DNA of 32,000 nucleotides, taken from the NCBI GenBank assembly GCA_016710525.1, contig JADJVQ010000038.1, forward strand, positions 13,986-45,985. The letters run 5' to 3'. Below the pieces are notes generated by a model, which had not been told where the DNA came from, did not search any database, and saw nothing but the letters and a program-made list of their open reading frames with translations. The stretch comes from Burkholderiaceae bacterium. Lineage in GTDB: Bacteria > Pseudomonadota > Gammaproteobacteria > Burkholderiales > Burkholderiaceae_E. This document shows, piece after piece, positions 28,725 to 32,000 of this stretch. Every line of letters begins with the position of its first letter. The stretch's first letter is position 1. Both the position numbers and the translations under genes were made by a program.

Positions 28725-30329
28725 TCACGCGCCGCGACGGGTGTCCGCTTCGCGCTCGCGCAGCTTGAAGCGCTGGATCTTGCCGGTCGCGGTCTTGGGC
28801 AGCTCTGGCACGAATTCGATCAGCCGCGGGTACTTGTAGGGCGCCAGCCGCTCCTTGACGAAGGCCTTGAGTTCGTCGTCATCGGCCGCCGCACCCGGCT
28901 TGAGCACGACGAAGGCCTTGGTGCGGGTCAGGCCATCGGGGTCCGGCACGCCGATCACGGCGGCCTCGAGCACCGCCGGATGCTGCACCAGCGTGGCCTC
29001 GACCTCGAACGGCGAGACGTAGATGCCGCTCACCTTGAGCATGTCGTCGCTGCGCCCGCTGTAGGTGTAGCTGCCGTCGGCATTGCGCACGTATTTGTCG
29101 CCGCTGCGGGTCCATTCGCCCTGGAAGGTCTCGCGCGACTTGACCCGGTTGCCCCAGTACATCACCGCGGCACTGGGGCCCCGGATGTACAGGTCGCCGG
29201 TATCGCCATCGGGCACCGCCCGCCCGTCATCGCCGCGCAGTTCGATGTCGTAGCCGGGCACCGGCCAGCCGGTCGTGCCATACCGCACCCGGCCGGGCTG
29301 GTTCGACAGAAAGATGTGCAGCATTTCGGTGGAGCCGATGCCATCGATGATCTCGACGCCGAAATGCGCGGTGAATCGCTCGCCCAGATCGGCAGGCAGC
29401 GCTTCGCCGGCCGAAGATGCCAGACGCAGTGCCACCCGCGAACGCGCCGGCAGCGCGGGCGAGGCCAGCATGCCCGCGAAGCCGGTGGGCGCGCCAAAAA
29501 AGACGGTCGGGCGATGGTCGATCCAGCGCCGGAACACCGCATCGGGCGTGGCCCGTTCGGCCATCAGCACCACGGTGGCGCCCACGCTGAGCGGGAAGCT
29601 CAGCGAGTTGCCCAGGCCGTAGGCGAAAAACAGCTTCGCCGCCGAGAACAGCACATCGGATTCCTTCAGGCCCAGGACGGGCGTGCCGTACAGCTCGGCG
29701 GTCCAGTACGCATTGGCGTGCGTGTGCAGCGCCCCTTTGGGCCGGCCGGTGGACCCTGACGAATAGAGCCAGAAGCCGGGATCGTCCGGACCGGTGCCGG
29801 CGGGCGCGGGCATCGGCGCCTGCTGCGCCAGCAGCGGGCCCAGCGCGAGCGTGGCCGGCGAGGATGGCGCGCCGGCCGGCTCGCCCGCACCGCCGGACAC
29901 GATCACCGTGCCCACCTCATGGCCGCCCTGCCCCTCGGCCAGCGCCATCGCGGCCTGCAGCATCGGCAGCAGCGAGGCCGACACCAGCGCGGCCTGGGCA
30001 CGGCTGTTGCGCAGCATGTACGCATAGTCGTCGGCGGTCAGCAGCGTATTGACCGCCACCGGCACGATGCCCGCGTACAGGGCGCCCAGGAAACTGACGG
30101 GCCAGTCGATGCCATCGGTCATCAGCAGCAGCACACGCTCCTCGCGGCGCACGCCGCAGGCCCGCAGTGCGGCCGCCATCCGGCGGACCTGGTCGGCCAG
30201 ATCGCCATAACTCAGCTGCCCATGGTCATCGATGAAGGCCGTCTTCGCCGGCCGTTGGGCGTTGCGCTCGATGAGATGCTGCGCAAAGTTGAATCGCTCA
30301 CCGGGTGGCGGCACGTGTCGGTCGGTCAT
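28725..30329 (-). CDS. bclA: Benzoate-CoA ligase family protein
   Basis: FNFAQHLIERNAQRPAKTAFIDD; FWLYSSGSTGRPKGALHTHANAYWTAELYG; LFFAYGLGNSLSFPLSVGATVVLM; DDMLKVSGIYVSPFEVEATLVQHPAVLEAAVIG; divergent from boxR. Confidence 0.93.
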   Translation of the reverse strand: MTDRHVPPPGERFNFAQHLIERNAQRPAKTAFIDDHGQLSYGDLADQVRRMAAALRACGVRREERVLLLMTDGIDWPVSFLGALYAGIVPVAVNTLLTADDYAYMLRNSRAQAALVSASLLPMLQAAMALAEGQGGHEVGTVIVSGGAGEPAGAPSSPATLALGPLLAQQAPMPAPAGTGPDDPGFWLYSSGSTGRPKGALHTHANAYWTAELYGTPVLGLKESDVLFSAAKLFFAYGLGNSLSFPLSVGATVVLMAERATPDAVFRRWIDHRPTVFFGAPTGFAGMLASPALPARSRVALRLASSAGEALPADLGERFTAHFGVEIIDGIGSTEMLHIFLSNQPGRVRYGTTGWPVPGYDIELRGDDGRAVPDGDTGDLYIRGPSAAVMYWGNRVKSRETFQGEWTRSGDKYVRNADGSYTYSGRSDDMLKVSGIYVSPFEVEATLVQHPAVLEAAVIGVPDPDGLTRTKAFVVLKPGAAADDDELKAFVKERLAPYKYPRLIEFVPELPKTATGKIQRFKLREREADTRRGA

Positions 30330-30405
30330 GCGGGTTGTCTCCTGGTGGCGGTTCAGGTTGACCGCTGTCGATGGGCAGGCTGACGGCTTGCCTTGAAGTG
30401 CAAGA

Positions 30406-30419
30406 GGCATTATTGTGCC
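30406..30419. promoter_or_regulatory. Candidate BoxR operator (GCA-N6-TGC) in the bclA/boxR divergent region
   Basis: GGCATTATTGTGCC palindrome. Confidence 0.5.
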
Positions 30420-30448
30420 TAGAAGCAGAATAAAACCTCGAAGACATC

Positions 30449-31414
30449 ATGTCAAGCACTATAATGCATCCCATCGCGCGAATGCCTCGATCGCCCGCCC
30501 CGGCGCTCGAGGCCGTATCGCCCTCGGCCGCGCAAGCCGGCGCCGAGGAGAAGAATCCCTTCCTGGTCGCGCTGGGCGATCGTGTGCGTGCCCTGCGCGC
30601 TCGCCGCGGCATGACCCGCAAGGCGGTCGCCCAGTCCGCGGAGGTTTCGGAACGCCACCTCGCCAACCTCGAGTACGGCATCGGCAATGCGTCGATCCTG
30701 GTGCTGCTGCAGGTCGCCGGCGCGCTGCATTGTTCGCTGGCGGAGCTGCTGGGCGACGTCACCACCAGTTCCCCCGAATGGCTGCTGATCCGCGAACTGC
30801 TGGGTGATCGCGACGAAGCCACGCTGCACCGGGTGCGGGTTGCCGTGGGCGAGATGCTGGGCACCGGTGGGGACAATGCCGCGCGCAGCCCGCGCGTGGC
30901 GCTGATCGGGCTGCGCGGCGCCGGCAAGTCAACGCTCGGTCAGATGCTGGCCCAGGACCTCGGTTTTCCTTACGTCGAACTGAGCCGCGAGATCGAGAAG
31001 TTTGCCGGCTGCAGCATTGCCGAGATCCAGGCACTGTATGGCGCCAACGCCTATCGCCGCTACGAGCGCCGGGCGCTGGAAGAAACGATCCAGCTCTACC
31101 CGGAGGCCGTGATCGCCACCCCGGGCGGCCTGGTCTCGGATCCGGCCACCTTCAACCTGCTGCTGGCCCATTGCACCACGGTCTGGCTGCAGGCCGACCC
31201 CGAAGACCACATGAAACGGGTCGCGGCTCAAGGCGACATGCGTCCGATGGCCGCCAGTACCGAGGCCATGCAGGACCTCAAGGGCATCCTGGCCGGACGG
31301 GCCGCGTTCTATTCGAAGGCCGACCTGCGCCTGGACACCAGCGCCCAGCCGCTGGCCGCCACTTTCCGGATGCTGCGCGACCAGGTCCGCCAGTCGCTCG
31401 ACCTGCCGATCTGA
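30449..31414 (+). CDS. boxR: BoxR-type regulator (XRE HTH fused to a shikimate kinase-like domain) of the benzoyl-CoA epoxidation pathway
   Basis: LGDRVRALRARRGMTRKAVAQSAEVSERHLANLEYGIGNASILVLLQVAGAL, then VALIGLRGAGKSTLGQMLAQDLGFPYVELSREIEKFAGCSIAEIQALYG. Confidence 0.95.
   Translation: MSSTIMHPIARMPRSPAPALEAVSPSAAQAGAEEKNPFLVALGDRVRALRARRGMTRKAVAQSAEVSERHLANLEYGIGNASILVLLQVAGALHCSLAELLGDVTTSSPEWLLIRELLGDRDEATLHRVRVAVGEMLGTGGDNAARSPRVALIGLRGAGKSTLGQMLAQDLGFPYVELSREIEKFAGCSIAEIQALYGANAYRRYERRALEETIQLYPEAVIATPGGLVSDPATFNLLLAHCTTVWLQADPEDHMKRVAAQGDMRPMAASTEAMQDLKGILAGRAAFYSKADLRLDTSAQPLAATFRMLRDQVRQSLDLPI
30455..30468. promoter_or_regulatory. Candidate BoxR operator overlapping the boxR start region
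   Basis: AGCACTATAATGCA. Confidence 0.45.
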
Positions 31415-31423
31415 AAATCGTGA

Positions 31424-31437
31424 TGCAACAAAATGCT
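31424..31437. promoter_or_regulatory. Candidate BoxR operator between boxR and boxC
   Basis: TGCAACAAAATGCT. Confidence 0.45.
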
Positions 31438-31454
31438 TGTTGACCTCATTCGAA

Positions 31455-31468
31455 TGCACTATGCTGCG
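31455..31468. promoter_or_regulatory. Candidate BoxR operator between boxR and boxC
   Basis: TGCACTATGCTGCG. Confidence 0.45.
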
Positions 31469-31517
31469 CCTCCTGACAGCTGCGATGCAGGCGACTGCGT
31501 CTTCATGAGGAGCCCCG

Positions 31518-32000
31518 AGTGACCACCACCCTTCGCGTGAACTACCAGACCGAGCCCGCGCTGTACCGGCACTGGAAGCTCGAGTTCGACGGTCCGATCG
31601 CCACCTTGCGTGCCGACTTCGACGAAAACGCCGGGCTGCGTCCCGGCTACAAGCTCAAGCTCAACAGCTACGACCTGGGCGTGGACATCGAACTGAACGA
31701 CGCGATCAACCGCATCCGCTTCGAGCATCCCGAGGTGCGCACCGTGGTGGTCACCAGCGCCAAGGAGAAGGTGTTCTGTTCGGGCGCCAACATCTTCATG
31801 CTCGGGGTCTCCAGTCATGCCTGGAAGGTCAACTTCTGCAAGTTCACCAACGAGACGCGCAATGGCCTGGAGGACTCCTCGACCCACAGCGGCCTGAAGT
31901 TCCTGGCGGCCGTCAACGGTGCCTGCGCCGGCGGCGGCTACGAACTCGCGCTCGCCTGCGACCAGATCGTGCTGGTGGACGACCGCTCGTCCTCGGTCAG
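31518..32000 (+). CDS. boxC: Benzoyl-CoA-dihydrodiol lyase, N-terminal part (runs off the right edge)
   Basis: GTG start after AGGAG; VTTTLRVNYQTEPALYRHWKLEFDGPIATLRADFDENAGLRPGYKLKLNSYDLGVDIELNDAINRIRFEHPEVRTVVVTSAKEKVFCSGANIFMLG. Confidence 0.93.

Overview
High-GC, densely coded window that reads like a Burkholderiales-type betaproteobacterial chromosome. I found no rRNA, tRNA, CRISPR, transposase, phage or recognisable defence locus. Left to right: start of a glutamate/aspartate ABC substrate-binding protein; a broken aspartase gene ending at a 91-nt stretch with no A or T; an acyl-CoA synthetase; an NAD-epimerase divergent from a LysR regulator; a flavin reductase, a DadA-like oxidase and an enoyl-CoA hydratase; an S8 (subtilisin-like) peptidase with a probable outer-membrane C-terminus; a Nudix-MBL fusion; an overlapping bchE-bchJ bacteriochlorophyll pair; a 2-hydroxyacid dehydrogenase; a minus-strand block (VOC protein, D-erythronate dehydrogenase-like protein, MFS, a miniature Bug/TctC protein, a frameshifted CoA-transferase, acyl-CoA dehydrogenase); MATE; core-MetE-like methionine synthase; alanine dehydrogenase; a PaaK-like ligase; a DUF1223 protein; and the start of the aerobic benzoyl-CoA (box) cluster (benzoate-CoA ligase, boxR, boxC). 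The best non-coding signal is a convincing c-di-GMP-I (GEMM) riboswitch in the minus-strand leader of the S8 peptidase. Next are a TGTCA-N8-TGACA PpsR/CrtJ-type site with an overlapping FNR-like box upstream of bchE, and four related GCA-N6-TGC elements flanking boxR. I do not see evidence for a wholly new multi-gene system.
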